Of a stretch of DNA of 64,000 nt, positions 12,568-25,169 are shown piece after piece (position 1 is the stretch's first letter; every line of letters begins with the position of its first letter). The stretch is from positions 15,748,001-15,812,000 of the forward strand of contig NC_043016.1 in assembly GCF_006345805.1 (NCBI RefSeq), read 5' to 3'. Position numbers and translations under genes: made by a program. This DNA comes from Octopus sinensis. Taxonomy: Eukaryota. Below the pieces are notes generated by a model. The model was not told the DNA's origin, searched no databases, and was given only the letters and a program-made list of their open reading frames with translations.

Positions 12568-13109
12568 GTAAGTAGTAGCTTCATTTGGTGTTTTAGAACA
12601 CTTCTTTTGTTAAATGCAAACAATTGGCAAACAAAATTCATGAAAACTGTTTTATTTTAAGAAAGATATAATTTTGTTATTGTTTTAAAATGTAATTCAG
12701 ATAATAGCCTTATATTTTGCCTAAATGCCTGAGAACATTAAACATTTTGATTTCAAGTTTCACTTTTGTCAAATGTACTATTCATCTTTCTCCAAAGTTG
12801 TTAAAAAAAGTGCAAGACATACAATAGAGTCATTCAACTTGCCTTTGAACAAAAATATGTAGCCACCAGCACAAGAAATCATTATTTCAAAAAATGATTC
12901 CATTTGCTTAGGAACAAAATATTTTTATAAGATGAACTATGGTCAATTAAGTTACCCTGATACATATATTTGCATAGTTTCATTAATTCATTTAGAGTTG
13001 ATTCTGATAAATATAAACTTAGATCAGTGTATCACCAAATACTGAATACCATTAAGCATTTAAGTTTAACTTTCTATTGACTGTATCATCTCAACCGTCC
13101 ATATTTTAA

Positions 13110-13319
13110 CCCTTTTGATACCAACCCAACTGAGACCTTTCCTCCTGGTTCTATGATAGAAACTTCCTGTTTAAAGTCATCTCAGTTAAAACCTTCCTTC
13201 AAAATTTTGTGTTAATTTATGTTCCAAATACCAGTTTGATAATGACAAGGTTATTTTACTAAATTCCACATTATTTTCAAAATCAAGTGTATTTCAACAG
13301 AAACCTGTTATCAAAAGGG
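13110..13319. mobile_element. piggyBac-type MITE family B
   Basis: TTAA ccttttgata...tatcaaaaggg TAAA; homologous to 7172-7387, 27230-27388, 61218-61442. Confidence 0.7.
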
Positions 13320-14084
13320 TAAAAATTGATTTTCCTTCTCATGGCATGGGTAGGTCATGGGATGGGGAGGTCATGGGATGGAGAGGTCAGCTTCAACACA
13401 GTGTCTCTTTATCTTTCACTTTTGTTTTTCATGTCCTTTGTAAAGCTCTTTGCCTTCAGAACAGTATTTACTATTTCTGCCTACAGTCCAACCCATGCTA
13501 GCATGGAAAACGGACGCTAAATGATGATGATGATGATGATGTCATTCTCTCCAGCTCCTCTTCCTGCATTGTTTAACACCTTTTCAACCTCATCACTCCT
13601 CATATATAATCACCATAATACAGTGAACACCTGATGCCTAGTTTTCTACTCAGTTGTTCCTGCACATTGACAGTACATATCAAACATAGAATGCTGGCTT
13701 CATTTCTTTCCAGCTTTTACATATTCTCTACATTCGTTGCACATAGCTCAACCACACCACATTGTACATTATACTCAAGTATCATCAAGTCTGCCCTTTT
13801 CTTGGAAATGAAAGCCTTTCATTGTTCTTATTGTTGTATGACTCCCAAGTCAGGCTCTGATTAAGCTCATCTTTGATCAAAGGTATTCCTACCATGGCCA
13901 TCATATCTTTATGTCAGAATTGTGTATTTGACAGATAGTAAGGTGGGATTCGAAGAAGACTTGGCTGCTATTTTCTAGCAGGTTGAGTAACCATACAGGC
14001 AGCTTTGTTGGCTAGATTGAAGCTTAAACTAGATTTTGTGGGCCAAATTGAAGTAGAGACTAAATTTCATAAGATAGAGAGGAA

Positions 14085-14287
14085 TGACCAATGCCAGTGC
14101 CACCTGACTGGCTCCCGTGCTGGGGGCATGTAAAAAGCACTCACTATACTCTCGAAGTGTTTGGCGTTAGGAAGGGCATCCAGCTGTAAAAACCTTGCCA
14201 GGTCAGACTGGAGCCTGGTGCAGCCATCTGGTTCGCCAGTCCTCAGTCATGGAAAGCAGACGTTAAACGCTGATGATGATGATGATG
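14085..14287 (+). mobile_element. RTE-type retroposon 3' fragment
   Basis: ggcgttaggaagggcatccagctgt...cgttaaacgctgatgatgat. Confidence 0.8.
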
Positions 14288-15081
14288 TATTCATGATACA
14301 AGCCAAAGTAAATGGAAAAAGAGGTTGATAAACGTAATTATAGATCAATAAAAACAACAATGAAAAGAAAACAATCTGAGGTATTAGAAAAGTTTGTATG
14401 CAGGCACGTATGGGGGAAAAAACCCAATCCACACAGGTTTATGGAGGTAGAAACTGTCTCAATGAATGCATACAGTTCTTGAGCAGACCAAAGCTTGATT
14501 AAAAGTTTGCACTGTTTCAGCTGCAAGATCTTTCAATATTGTTCATATCATTAGACTCCAAGTGGACAAACATGAATATAAATTTGAGAAAAAAAAAAAA
14601 TGAAAGAAAGGTTTCTCCTCTCAGCATGAGAAAATAAAGAGGGAAATAGGTAATATCTTTTAGCATATAGATTTATAAGCTTCTTTTCCATTAATTAAGA
14701 TAATTAAAGATTCCCTAAGATGCGCCAACTCGATTTACCGGAACCGGTATTAATTATGGCTTTCATCGGGCTCTGAAGACATGCTAGCAATACATATTTT
14801 ACAGAATATTTAAAATTAAAAACTATATTTTTAAATGTAAATTTGAGACTAACCATTACTATGGATAGTATGTTTGACAACTCTGATATAGAGGCTGTTT
14901 TTATGTTCAAATAAGCTAGATCAGGCCTCTCCCACCTACCCTAAATATCTTTCTAAATATAAACAATAACATCATTGAAATTTAGAAGCTAGAAGATAAT
15001 GCATAATTAATTCAAATAAGCCTTACATTTGGTATAGTGATCTCAACTCTAAAGGATTAAAAGACTCATTTATTTGGCTAG

Positions 15082-15300
15082 CATCATCATCATCATCATC
15101 ATCATCATTTAGCGTCCGCTTTCCATGCTAGCATGGGTTGGACGGTTCAACTGGGGTCTGTGAAGCCAGAAGGCTGCATCAGGCCCAGTCTGATCTGGCA
15201 GTGTTTCTACGGCTGGATGCCCTTCCTAACGCCAACCACTCCGTGAGTGTAGTGGGTGCTTTTTACGTGCCACCCGCACAGGTGCCAGATGGAGCTGGCA
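15082..15300 (-). mobile_element. Young RTE-type retroposon 3' end, (CAT)n tail on + strand
   Basis: (cat)n then ttagcgtccgctttccatgctagcatggg; CpGs intact; close to 40535-40828 and 34620-34710. Confidence 0.85.
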
Positions 15301-15425
15301 TCATGTATTTTTGTTTTTAAGACTATCAGATTTTATGTTTATCATTGACTTGAATATTACCATGAAAGTAGTTTTTTTTTTTAAAACAAAACTCATGCAT
15401 TTAAATTTGTTTTGACCTTCTTTAG

Positions 15426-15523
15426 ATGTACCATGAAGACAATAACATGTCCCTTGAAGGAGATGAAGATTCAATTTCATTTTTGTCACAGCTCAGAAAA
15501 TCAAATCCGGAAAAATTCAAACT
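15426..15523 (+). CDS. CDAN1: Codanin-1 exon 9
   Basis: ctttag acceptor; MYHEDNNMSLEGDEDSISFLSQLRKSNPEKFKL; 98 nt supplies the phase 0 to phase 2 bridge needed between exons 8 and 10; weak donor CT|GTACGA. Confidence 0.8.
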
Positions 15524-16165
15524 GTACGAATCTTTTTTGTATTGTTTCAGATATTGGCTTTAACCTATATTTCTTTTTATCTGTCTTGGGGGGGGGGGGG
15601 GATAAAATTACCAGTTGTCATATTATGCATACCATTATTCTGGTGCTTATCATCATCATCATCATCAACATCAACAGCAGCAGCATATTACATCTGCTTT
15701 CCATGTTGGTATAAATTGGATGGTTTCAACAGGAGGACTGCATCTTGCTCCAGTGTTTAAGTTTTGGCAAGGTTTCGGTAACTAGATGCCCTTCTGAGCA
15801 CCAACCATTTTACAGACTTCTGGGTGCATTCTTTTCAAAGCACCAGCACTGAAGAGTCATACTTTTTCCTGCCTATTTTTCTTCTGGTTGCTATATTTTC
15901 AGAGCATCCTCCCCCACTGCTAATCAGGTCACCTATGTAACAAAAGCTATCAGCTATTTCTAACGGTCCTCTCCAGCAATATATTTACAAATTGCATTTG
16001 TGAACTTCTTGATATGTGCAGTGTGAAATATCTGTGTTTAATTATATGTATATAAATACTTGGATGTATGTGCTGATGGCATGTAAAAAAGCACCATTTG
16101 AGCGTGGTCAATGCCAGTGCCACCTGACCTGCTGGTGGCATGTAAAAAGCACCCACTACACTCTC

Positions 16166-16440
16166 GTCAGATTTAGCACCTGTGGACTTCCAACTCTTCC
16201 CCAAGATGAAAATGCAGCTTAAAGATCACTGTTTTAACACCGTTGTCAAGATCCAGAGGGAATCACAGAAGGTCCTTGACTCATGGAAAACGACTTCCAG
16301 GCCGGATTCCAAAAGTTGCAGGAATGCTGGAACAGGTGTGTTACTATGCAAGGTGACTATTTCAAAGGAGATGATGTATAAACTTTGGTAAATAAGTTGT
16401 TCTTTTATTAAACATAACTAGTCTGGGAACCTTTTGATTT
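16166..16440 (+). mobile_element. Mariner transposase 3' fragment
   Basis: SDLAPVDFQLFPKMKMQLK (YSPDLAPxDF motif) ...GDYFKGD C-terminus. Confidence 0.8.
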
Positions 16441-16579
16441 AAATGAGTCACAAATGATATTTAGTTTCATGCTAGAATCTAAGTAAACTCTTATGTTGTC
16501 TGAGACAACATTTGATTATATTTTCTAGAGACGAACACAAATATGACTTTTCTTTTGCTGATCTTGTATTTTTTTACCT

Positions 16580-16972
16580 TTGGGCTGGATAGTATGACAG
16601 TTTTCCCGTTCCGTGTTCATGGAGCCCTCATCTAATATGTTACATACTGTGACGCCTCCAGCAGCAACTTGCTGCAGTCAGCTACCAGCTCAGACTCCGC
16701 TGCTCGTCAGGCTGAGAAAAGCAAGTTGTCTAAGTATTAGTACTCTCTGACAGGTTCCTTTATTGAGCTTGTGGCAGTGGAAACCTCCAGTGTTCTTGGT
16801 CCCCACACCATACCCCTGTTCACTGCTATCAGGGTGGAGATGGCTGTCTGCAAGTGCAAGGTCCTGTGAGTCAGACTGGCTGTTCCAGTCCATCTCCCTC
16901 ACCATCCTCCTGAGCAACACCTTTTCCATTTTGTCTGCCAGGGCCAGGCAGACAACTTATGACAACGTTTAA
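16580..16972 (+). mobile_element. Degenerate C-terminus of RLE-type (CRE-clade-like) non-LTR retrotransposon
   Basis: frameshifted SAARQAEKSKLSKY, VAVETSSVLG, ESDWLFQSISLTILLSNTFSIL resemble the CRE-like consensus AA.AE..K..KY / AVETLG..G / QRISLAIQRGNA.SI. Confidence 0.65.
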
Positions 16973-17910
16973 CCAAAGATTTCATGAAACAGTTTTGTAA
17001 ACATCATTATTTTATTCTGAGCTAGAGTATTTCCTAATATTCTTTACTGGTTATATATTTGTAAGAAATATGTTATTTTAATCTTTACATGAACCACCAG
17101 ACTCTGTATAGTTTCTGTTTTATACCAAATTTTGTAGTTTAATTGTTTAGCATTCTGGCAAACGTAATGCTGTATTTATCCACATTGTTTTGAATTAGTC
17201 ATGTATTATCTTGTAGCATTGAGATTTTAATGATGTGATTGTTTATTTTTAGAACGACATTGTAGGGTAGGTGAGAGAGGCCAGATCTGACCAGTGTGAA
17301 CATAAAACAGGCAGAACATTTGAGTCAGATTTAAGTGGTTCATCTGCTAAAGGGTTAAATAGGGTGCTAGAGATTTATAATTTTTACTAGAAACTCTGTT
17401 ATATATTATCAGGAAGCAAATAGAATTAAATGAAAAATGTCAAGAATTTTAAAAAAATGGCTGCTGCAGCTTGGAACTCAAATAATAAACTTATTAATAA
17501 GCATGAGTTTATTATATTGTCTCTTCAATTAACTCATACATGTTATTCTAATATTGGATTGAACTAATGACAGATCCACTTTGCAGTCATTCTACCTGCT
17601 AAAAAAAAAAAACAGCTAAAATCCTTTTAAGCAAACCTCACTGCCTTGAAAAGGTAAGGCATATTGGATAATGTAATCCTAGATATGTTAAAAAATTTGG
17701 CTGGAATGACTTCAATTATTGGTCTGGTCAATTAGAAAAGATTTTGATGTTAAACAGTAATTCCATTGTGTTGAGATATTTATATAATACTTTTTTGTCA
17801 AATGTTACTTTGCCAAAAAAAAAAAGGTTTTAATTTGGATTTAAAGCTTGCTTGCTACAGAATATTTTTCACTCATAATTAACTCTTTTTTTTTTCTTTT
17901 TTATTTGTAG

Positions 17911-18070
17911 GCTTCAAGAAAGATTTATAATTCCACTTAGTACAAATGGGCCTAGTCCAGCCCCTTCATTCATTAATTCTCAAGAATTTTTCCATGATTT
18001 TATAATGTTAGCAAATAGTCATATTTTTAACCAGCATCTCTGTGATATTTTGAAATCAAAAATATCTGAG
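17911..18070 (+). CDS. CDAN1: Codanin-1 exon 10
   Basis: LQERFIIPLSTNGPSPAPSFINSQEFFHDFIMLANSHIFNQHL (human [43 protein letters not shown]); donor GAG|GTAAGT. Confidence 0.95.
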
Positions 18071-18188
18071 GTAAGTTTCTCATTTATTAATTACTTACAA
18101 ATTTTTCCTTCTCGAATATGAAATTTGAATTTTCATTTCAGTTTTTTTTTTTTTAATTAAACTTTTTGTTTTATTTGACTTCATTTAG

Positions 18189-18251
18189 TTGGATAAATCT
18201 CAATTTCTAACTATAGAAAATGTAACAGAAGATGGGGATGTTCCAAAAACA
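18189..18251 (+). CDS. CDAN1: Codanin-1 exon 11
   Basis: tttag acceptor; LDKSQFLTIENVTEDGDVPKT; phase 0/0; donor ACA|GTAAGT. Confidence 0.8.
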
Positions 18252-18627
18252 GTAAGTGTATAGTATTAAAAAAAATTTTTTTTTTAGCTTTTTGCTTTCT
18301 GCTTTTTTAAAAAAAATTATTAGGTTAAAGTTTCATTTCATTCATTCTGGCTTTTCAAAACAATTTCTCACAAATGAGATAAAGTTAGTTAAATCAAATT
18401 GTACTCAGAATGAATTATATAGAAATATATAGTTTAATTTGTTCTTTACTACAAAGTTTTAGAAGTTCCATGATCCTTCTCTACTGCTTCATAAATTCTT
18501 CACAGAAGTTTTTGAACTATGATTAGCTATTATTATATTATTAATCTTTTGATAATTTTTAAAGTAGTAGCAGTAGTATAAAACTTGATTGCAAATGACT
18601 AAAAAAATTTCTCTTTCTATTTTACAG

Positions 18628-18768
18628 GTCAAGAAAGAATTCAAGTCTTCTATGTTAACCTTAAGGTTACTTGCAAAATTTTTAGGTTTTATAACATTTC
18701 TGCCGTATCAGTCTGTCAACAAACTTCCAGATGAAGTGCACTCTACCTATGTGAATATAAGAAATAAA
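18628..18768 (+). CDS. CDAN1: Codanin-1 exon 12
   Basis: LTLRLLAKFLGFITFLPY (human LSLRLLAKFLGFVAFLPY); donor AAA|GTTAGT. Confidence 0.95.
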
Positions 18769-18874
18769 GTTAGTATTCAAAGATTATTGAACACACAGAC
18801 ACACACACATGACTAATATTGTAGTTAGAGTTAATGGAAATTATTCCAAATTTGTTTTTGTTTTTTTTTTAAAG

Positions 18875-19247
18875 CACCATTTATGTGTAGGTCATTGCCA
18901 GTGCCACCTGACTGGCTCCCGTGCCAGTGGAATGAACCATCTGAATGTGGTCGATGCCTACCAGGCCCTCAGACATCCCTCCTCCCCGACTGGCTCCTGT
19001 GCTGGCAGCATGTAAAAAGCACCATCCAAATGTGGCCGATGCCAGTGCCGCCTGACTGGCTCCTGTGCCGGTGGCACGTAAAAAGTACCCACTACACTCT
19101 TGGAGTGGTTGATGTTAGGATGGGCATCCAGCTGTAGAAACATTGCCAGATCAGAACGGATCCTGGTGCTGCCTCCTGGCTTGCCAGTCCCCAATCAAGC
19201 TGTCCAACCCATACCAGCATGGAAAACGGACACTAAACGATGATGAT
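18875..19247 (+). mobile_element. RTE-type retroposon 3'UTR with internal repeats and (GAT)n tail
   Basis: three gccagtgcc.cctgactggctcc units; ggatgggcatccagctgtagaaac; aaacgatgatgat. Confidence 0.8.
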
Positions 19248-19595
19248 CAAGGATATTGTCATCGTTTCTTTAAAGGAGTGATGGGTCATCTTATGAAGAC
19301 CAGCTTTCTGATGTTACTGCTTCTGATTTTACTTCTAGTTACTTCCTTATATACTTTTGTATTCCATTGTTAGATACAGTTATTCCACATCACTCCATAA
19401 GGGACATAGGGTGAGTTTTCCAGCTTCTCTGGTGTATATATTCCTCCCCGGACAGGACATCAGTCTGTTGCAAGATTGCTCATTTTTGCTGAGTGGACTG
19501 GAGCAAACTGAAATGAAGTGTTTTGCTCAAGAACACAATGCATCCCCTGGTCTAGGAATTGAAACTACAATGTTACGGTCAATGTCCTAACCACT

Positions 19596-19924
19596 TTCTA
19601 AAAGACTCCGCCGGTTACAACGACGAGGGTCCCAGCTGATACGATCAACGGAACAGCTTGCTCGTGAAATTAACGTGCAAATGGCTGAGCATTCCACAGA
19701 CACGTGTACCCTTAACGTAGTTCTCGGGGATAATCAGCGTGACACAGAGAGTGACAAGGCTGACCCTTTGAAATACAAGTACAACTCATTTTTGCCAGCT
19801 GAGTGGACTGGAGCAACGTGAAATAAAGTGTCTTGCTCAAGGACACAACGCGTCGCCGGGAATCGAACTCACAACCTTACGATCATGAGCCGAATGCCCT
19901 AACCACTAAGCCACGCGCCCTCAC
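19596..19924 (-). mobile_element. Full-length young tRNA-derived SINE nested in an older related SINE
   Basis: minus head GAGGGCGCGTGGCTTAGTGGTTAGG (A box) ...GTGAGTTCGATTCCC (B box), then tgtccttgagcaagacac; flanking direct repeat cctaaccact 19586-19595 and 19925-19934. Confidence 0.85.
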
Positions 19925-20656
19925 CCTAACCACTAAGCCATGTGCCTCTGCATAGTTTAGTATAGTTCTAACAAAAGTTTCCATTATAATTTACAATTGG
20001 AATTTTACATAAACATTTCCATTTCATTTGATTCCTTTCCTGATTTTATTTTTTTCTGTCTTGAAAAATAATTTAGCACTTGGTTTTGTTGAGAAGTTTT
20101 AATGTAAAAATGCAAAAGAATTTAATTTAAATCTGAAGCAATTCTAATTCTTGAAAGAAGGAAAAAAAGATTAAGACATTCATTTATAATTGAAGAATTT
20201 TTTCAGAGTTGATGTTCATCGCCCATTGATTTCAGAGACAGTGTTTTACTAAAGCACAACATGATTGAGTGTTTAGACATCCAACATCATCATCGTAATT
20301 TAATATCTGTTTTCCATGCTGGCATGGTTTGGATGGTTTGTCAGGAGCTGGGCAGCTGTAGAGCTGTCTGTTTTGGTATGGTTTCTACCGCTGGATGCCC
20401 TTCCTCCTAACACCAACCACTTTACAGAGTGCACTCGGTGCTTTTACGCAGCACCAGCATGGGTGCCTTTTACATGTCACCCACAAATCCACAAACCCAC
20501 AAGATAAAGGATTGCTCAGCTGAAGAGCGATGCAGAGGACATGCTGCCTGTATGCAAGGACAAACATTTATCCTAAAAAATATACAAATTGTACATTTCA
20601 AAACCATTCTATTTTGAATCTAAATACAAGTTTTACTATGTTTATTTTAATTGTAG

Positions 20657-20823
20657 AGTGTTCCTTCCTGTGATACTCTGAGTTATTTGAAAGAAGCATC
20701 TACAAGAGGTCGCCTGTGCTTAACCATTCCATGGGTTGTAGAATTTTTGAGTTGGATTGATAAAATGTCACCCTTACTTGATTATTATCAGGAAATATTT
20801 CATGAATTGCTCTACATTCATCG
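20657..20823 (+). CDS. CDAN1: Codanin-1 exon 13
   Basis: LTIPWVVEFLSWIDKMSPLLDYYQEIF (human [27 protein letters not shown]); donor CG|GTATGT. Confidence 0.95.
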
Positions 20824-21534
20824 GTATGTTATAATGAAATTTATTGAAGAACTTTTTGTGAAAATCTTATTTCAAATTTATGTAACCAAGTCTTTTACAG
20901 TAATCATTAAATTAAGGGTAGCTTTTCATTCTTATTTGAAAAATTGTTTTTATTACTTAATTACAAGAATATGGGTGGTACCCATGGCCTATGTTAGTTG
21001 TCTTAGACTGGTGAGGTTGTTGTAGTTTTGATTGATTCAAACTTCTGTAGATTGTTACCCATAGGGTGGGGTGGAAAAAGCGTAGGGAAGGAGTGAAACC
21101 CATTGGGTTATAGTCCTGGGAAGGAAATATTAAATGAAATGCCTACTGTTGGGTTTGGTGGTTGAGGGGAAGTAGGGACAAGAGTAGAGAAGTAGAAAAT
21201 CAGCTGAAGGCAGTTTGAGGGAAAACTATTATAGCAAAACAAAACAAAACAAAACAACATCTCTGTTGCTGGTGAACAAAACTGCCAATCAATCAGAAAT
21301 CTGTATAGAAATAGCTTCAAGCCAGATGTGGATTGCATGTATGCTTTGTAGAAGGTCACCTGTTGATTGGGGCTTGTATATTTTCTAAGCCTGAAGCAGG
21401 AGTTTTTGGGAAGTAACTTTGGCAATGTTTTAGATATCTGATAGTTTGTAGCAACTTGGTTAATTTTATTTGAGTGTTTTATGTGTGTATATATATATAT
21501 GTATGTATGTATATGTGTATATATAATATATATC

Positions 21535-21567
<33 letters not shown>

Positions 21568-22504
21568 TTGTGGCATTTCATCATCATCATTTAGCATCTG
21601 CTTTCCATGCTGGCAAGGGTTAGACTGCTTGACTGAACCTTGTTATCTGGAGAGCTGCACCGGACTCCATTGCCTGTTTTGGCATGGTTTCTATGGCTGG
21701 GTGCCCTTCCTAATGCCAGCATATATGATACATGCAGTAATTGTATTTTGGTAGTATAGACTGACACAGGTAATCGTGTCCTCGTCAAAGAATGTTTGTG
21801 CAGTCCCTGTTCAAAGAATCAGCACATCTGGTAGAAGGTGTCTAGATAGGATGCAGATGACTCATTTGTATTGAGGTATATGCAGAAAGATAAGGAAAGA
21901 ATCAAATGTATGGAATTGTGTATTGCTAGGAGTGAGAAGGAAAGAGTAATTTATGTATGAAATAAAGTGTGTGGTAGAAAATGTCAAACCCTGGAATGTG
22001 ATGAAATTGACAAATTTATGATATAGAGAGGGCACTTTCCATGCAGATTGCCATGGAGTAATTTAGTTAGAAGGTTCTCAAACAACTTTCCTGTTGTCAA
22101 AGGCAACAACATTGCATTGCTGAAATCTTCTAGAATCTACTAATGTGTGACATTGAAAGGAAAATTGCCAGTGGATGTAACTCTATGAAAATTTGTCCCT
22201 GAGAACGGAGAGAGATTCTCAAAGTAGTAAAGAAAGTATATGTCTTCATTACCGTTTGGATGTTAGGGCATTAAGCTGCTTTACTCACCAGTTAGAAAGT
22301 GCATGTACATCACAATTTCCCACTGTTCTTCTCATTTAATTCTAAAACTACATCTTATCATAAAACAGTAATGAAAAATTCTTTTTATTAAATGTGAAAT
22401 CCTGTTTTTCCAGTGACTATTCTAATTTATCTGTAGGAACTTGTTTCAACTTTGCATTGCCCTTTTCTATATTTATCATCAAACTAAGATTTTCTCTTAC
22501 ACAG

Positions 22505-22586
22505 GAAATCTTGGTACAATATGAAAGTGAAAATATGTCTGGAAACTCAATTATTTATTATCATTCAGATTGAATGGCTTTTAGGA
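22505..22586 (+). CDS. CDAN1: Codanin-1 exon 14
   Basis: cacag acceptor; KSWYNMKVKICLETQLFIIIQIEWLLG (human KMCFLNKLLLLAVLGWLFQ); donor GGA|GTGAGT. Confidence 0.88.
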
Positions 22587-23349
22587 GTGAGTATATTTTA
22601 TTCTTTTATTGACTTCAGTCATTCATGGTGGGGCATCATTGCCTTCAAAGGCTTAATCAATTGTATTAGCCCCAGGTATAGGAATAACTGTGTGGTTAAC
22701 AAGTTTCACTCGCCAATCGTGTTGCTTTAGGTCTGGTTCCACTGTGTAGCATATTGGGCAAGTATCTTTGACTACTGACCAGGTCCAACCAAGGTTTTGT
22801 GAGTACATGTAGTCGAGAGGAACAGAAAGATGTGTCTGTCTGTCTGTCTGTCCTTGTCTCAACATTGTGCAGTAGTTGTGGTGGGCAGGTCTTTTACACT
22901 CCGTTTCTTCATTTTTGACACAGTTGTACTGCTGGATGCTCCTACTAGGAATTACTGCCATCCCCTGGGGGTAGGGGAAGACAATGTTCATGGTATTTTT
23001 AGGTATCTGCAATAGGTAGAGGGAGGGTTGTTACAGTAGAACTCTAGCTGCTGGCCATGAGGGTGTCTCCATGATGTGGATAGTTGGTGCGCAACGGTAG
23101 TTAATAGCAATTTATCATACGGTTTAACTTACTATCAATCATAAAACAATAGCAGAAAACTTATCTTAAACTAAGGATAACTGAGCAGATATACCAACTG
23201 TCAGATTGTATGGACTTGAAGAATACTTCATTTTTTACCCAAAGATTCAGATCAGAGGGAAGAATGGCTATGGAAATCATCAGCAGTAACCTGACAAAAA
23301 TGTTGAATATGGCTATACTTATATAGGAAGTGAGGAAGTCACAATAGCC

Positions 23350-23902
23350 TGAGGTTCATTGCCTCAGATCACTGCTCATGTGATGTGTATGTTGTGTGTG
23401 ATGTACAAGTACAACAGAGCATTGGTGTATTGAGAGAAAAATTAGGCATTAGAGGAATTAGATGCAGTGTGCAAGAGAGAAACTCGGGAAGATGTGGGAC
23501 GAGGTATTAAAGGCCGATCTCAAGACAATGAACCTCACAAAGGAGATGACAAGGGGTCGAGATATATTGCACATTGCTTTACTCAAAAAGACCTGCCCAC
23601 CACAACAGAGTTGATACCTTAACACAATCTTGGTAATGCCTGTCCATGAGGGACTCTGCCCCATCAAACTACTCCTCTTAGCCATATTTGATCCCCTAAC
23701 ATCCAAACAGCACTGGTGCTGGTGACATGTAAAAAGCACCCACACTTTGTAAAGTGCGGAAAGGCATTCAGCCATAGAAACAATGAACCCTAAACAGACA
23801 ATGGAACCTGGCATGGCTCCTGGCCTTGCCAGTTCCTGTAAAACAATCCAACCCATGCCAGCATGGAGAATGGACATTAAATGATGGTGATGATGATGAT
23901 GA
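23350..23902 (+). mobile_element. Degenerate RTE-type LINE 3' end
   Basis: LREKLGIRGIRCSVQER..., KMWDEVLKADL; (GAT)n tail at about 23882-23902. Confidence 0.75.
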
Positions 23903-23929
23903 TATATGTATATATTTGATGGGCTTACT

Positions 23930-24297
23930 CTTTTACATGTTTCAGTCATTTGACTGCGGCCATGCTGGAGCACCGCCTTTTTTTTTAATCGAGCAACTCG
24001 ACCCCGGGACTTATTCTTTGTAAGCCCAGTACTTATTCTATCGGTCTCTTTTGCCAAACCGCTAAGTGACAGGGACATAAACACACCAGCATCGGTTGTC
24101 AAGCAATGCTAGGGGGACAAACACAGACACACAAACATACACGCACACATATATATACATATATACGACGGGCTTCTTTCAGTTTCCGTCTATCAAATCC
24201 ACTCACAAGACACTTGCCCAAGGTGCCACACAGTGGGACTGAACCCGGAACCATGTGGTTAGTTAGCAAGTTACTTACCACACAGCCACTCCTGCAC
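23930..24297 (-). mobile_element. tRNA-derived CORE-like SINE (Octopus-type)
   Basis: minus head gcaggagtggctgtgtggtaag...gggttcagtccc...caccttgggcaagtgtctt; same family at 25800-26060(+), 28480-28746(-), 35905-36260(+), 36720-37100(-), 41620-41960(+), 43662-43900(+), 51452-51860(+). Confidence 0.85.
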
Positions 24298-24948
24298 TTG
24301 TATATATTTTCTCTCCACCAAATTCCACTTATATGGCATTGGTCTACTTGATGCTACATTGCAATAGGATCACAACCAGGAGCATGTGGCCGCAAGGAGA
24401 ATTTCTTCATCACATTGCTTTGCCTGGACACTGAACATTTGAACCCTGATAAAACAAATTTGCTTCTGCGTTTTTTGTATTTTACCTCTTTTTTTTTTCA
24501 ATTGTGTCATGTAAGTAACTTACTCATTGTAATTAATATTTGTTGCTTAAAATATTTTGTGAATTGTATGTAATTCTCTATGAAATGTGCCATTTTCAGA
24601 TTATGAAATTTTATTGCTAAACAATTAATTTATCTTTGTTTAAGCTAGAATTGATTTTTAAAAATTGAGAGAACAAGAAATAATGATGGGAAAACGGAAA
24701 AAAAAACAACTGTTAGAACACAGGATTTTCATTCAGTATAGAATGTGATTCACTTTAAATCTCATTTTGTTGTCCATCATAGTATAGTTTATTTTCCTTT
24801 ATAATTGAGCAAAATTTTCAAGATCTAATTCTCACTAAGTTACTGAGAGGCCAACTGTTTTTCAGCTGAGATCCTATTTTTTTTTAGCATCTCTTTTCTC
24901 TTGCTTCAAGTCAAAAACAAATTTATTATTTATATTCATTTGTTTCAG

Positions 24949-25026
24949 ATTCCGAATATGCCTGAAGGAATATTTTTTACATTCTGTGAAAAGTCTCAAG
25001 AGTGTGAAATTCCTGAAAAATGTTTG
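24949..25026 (+). CDS. CDAN1: Codanin-1 exon 15
   Basis: IPNMPEGIFF (human IPTVPEDLFF); donor TTG|GTAAGA. Confidence 0.9.
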
Positions 25027-25114
25027 GTAAGATGAACTTTTGATTTTAGTCTTCTTCTTCTCTTTCAACCAAACAATGAATTAAAATTAAATGTATTTAT
25101 CTCTGTTTCTCTAG

Positions 25115-25169
25115 GACAAGATGAATGTTGTAGACCAGTCACTATTGCATACATGCTGTCCTTATTTAG
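25115..25169 (+). CDS. CDAN1: Codanin-1 exon 16
   Basis: DKMNVVDQSLLHTCCPYL (human DNAPVVDQQLLYTCCPYI); donor G|GTAAGT. Confidence 0.95.

Noticed and set aside
19850-19924. tRNA gene
   Set aside because: A/B boxes continue into a SINE body with no clean acceptor stem or T-run terminator; it is a tRNA-derived SINE head (also 36391, 37405)
23458-24102. 214-aa minus-strand ORF
   Set aside because: Runs through a SINE and the antisense of an RTE tail; no protein-family signature
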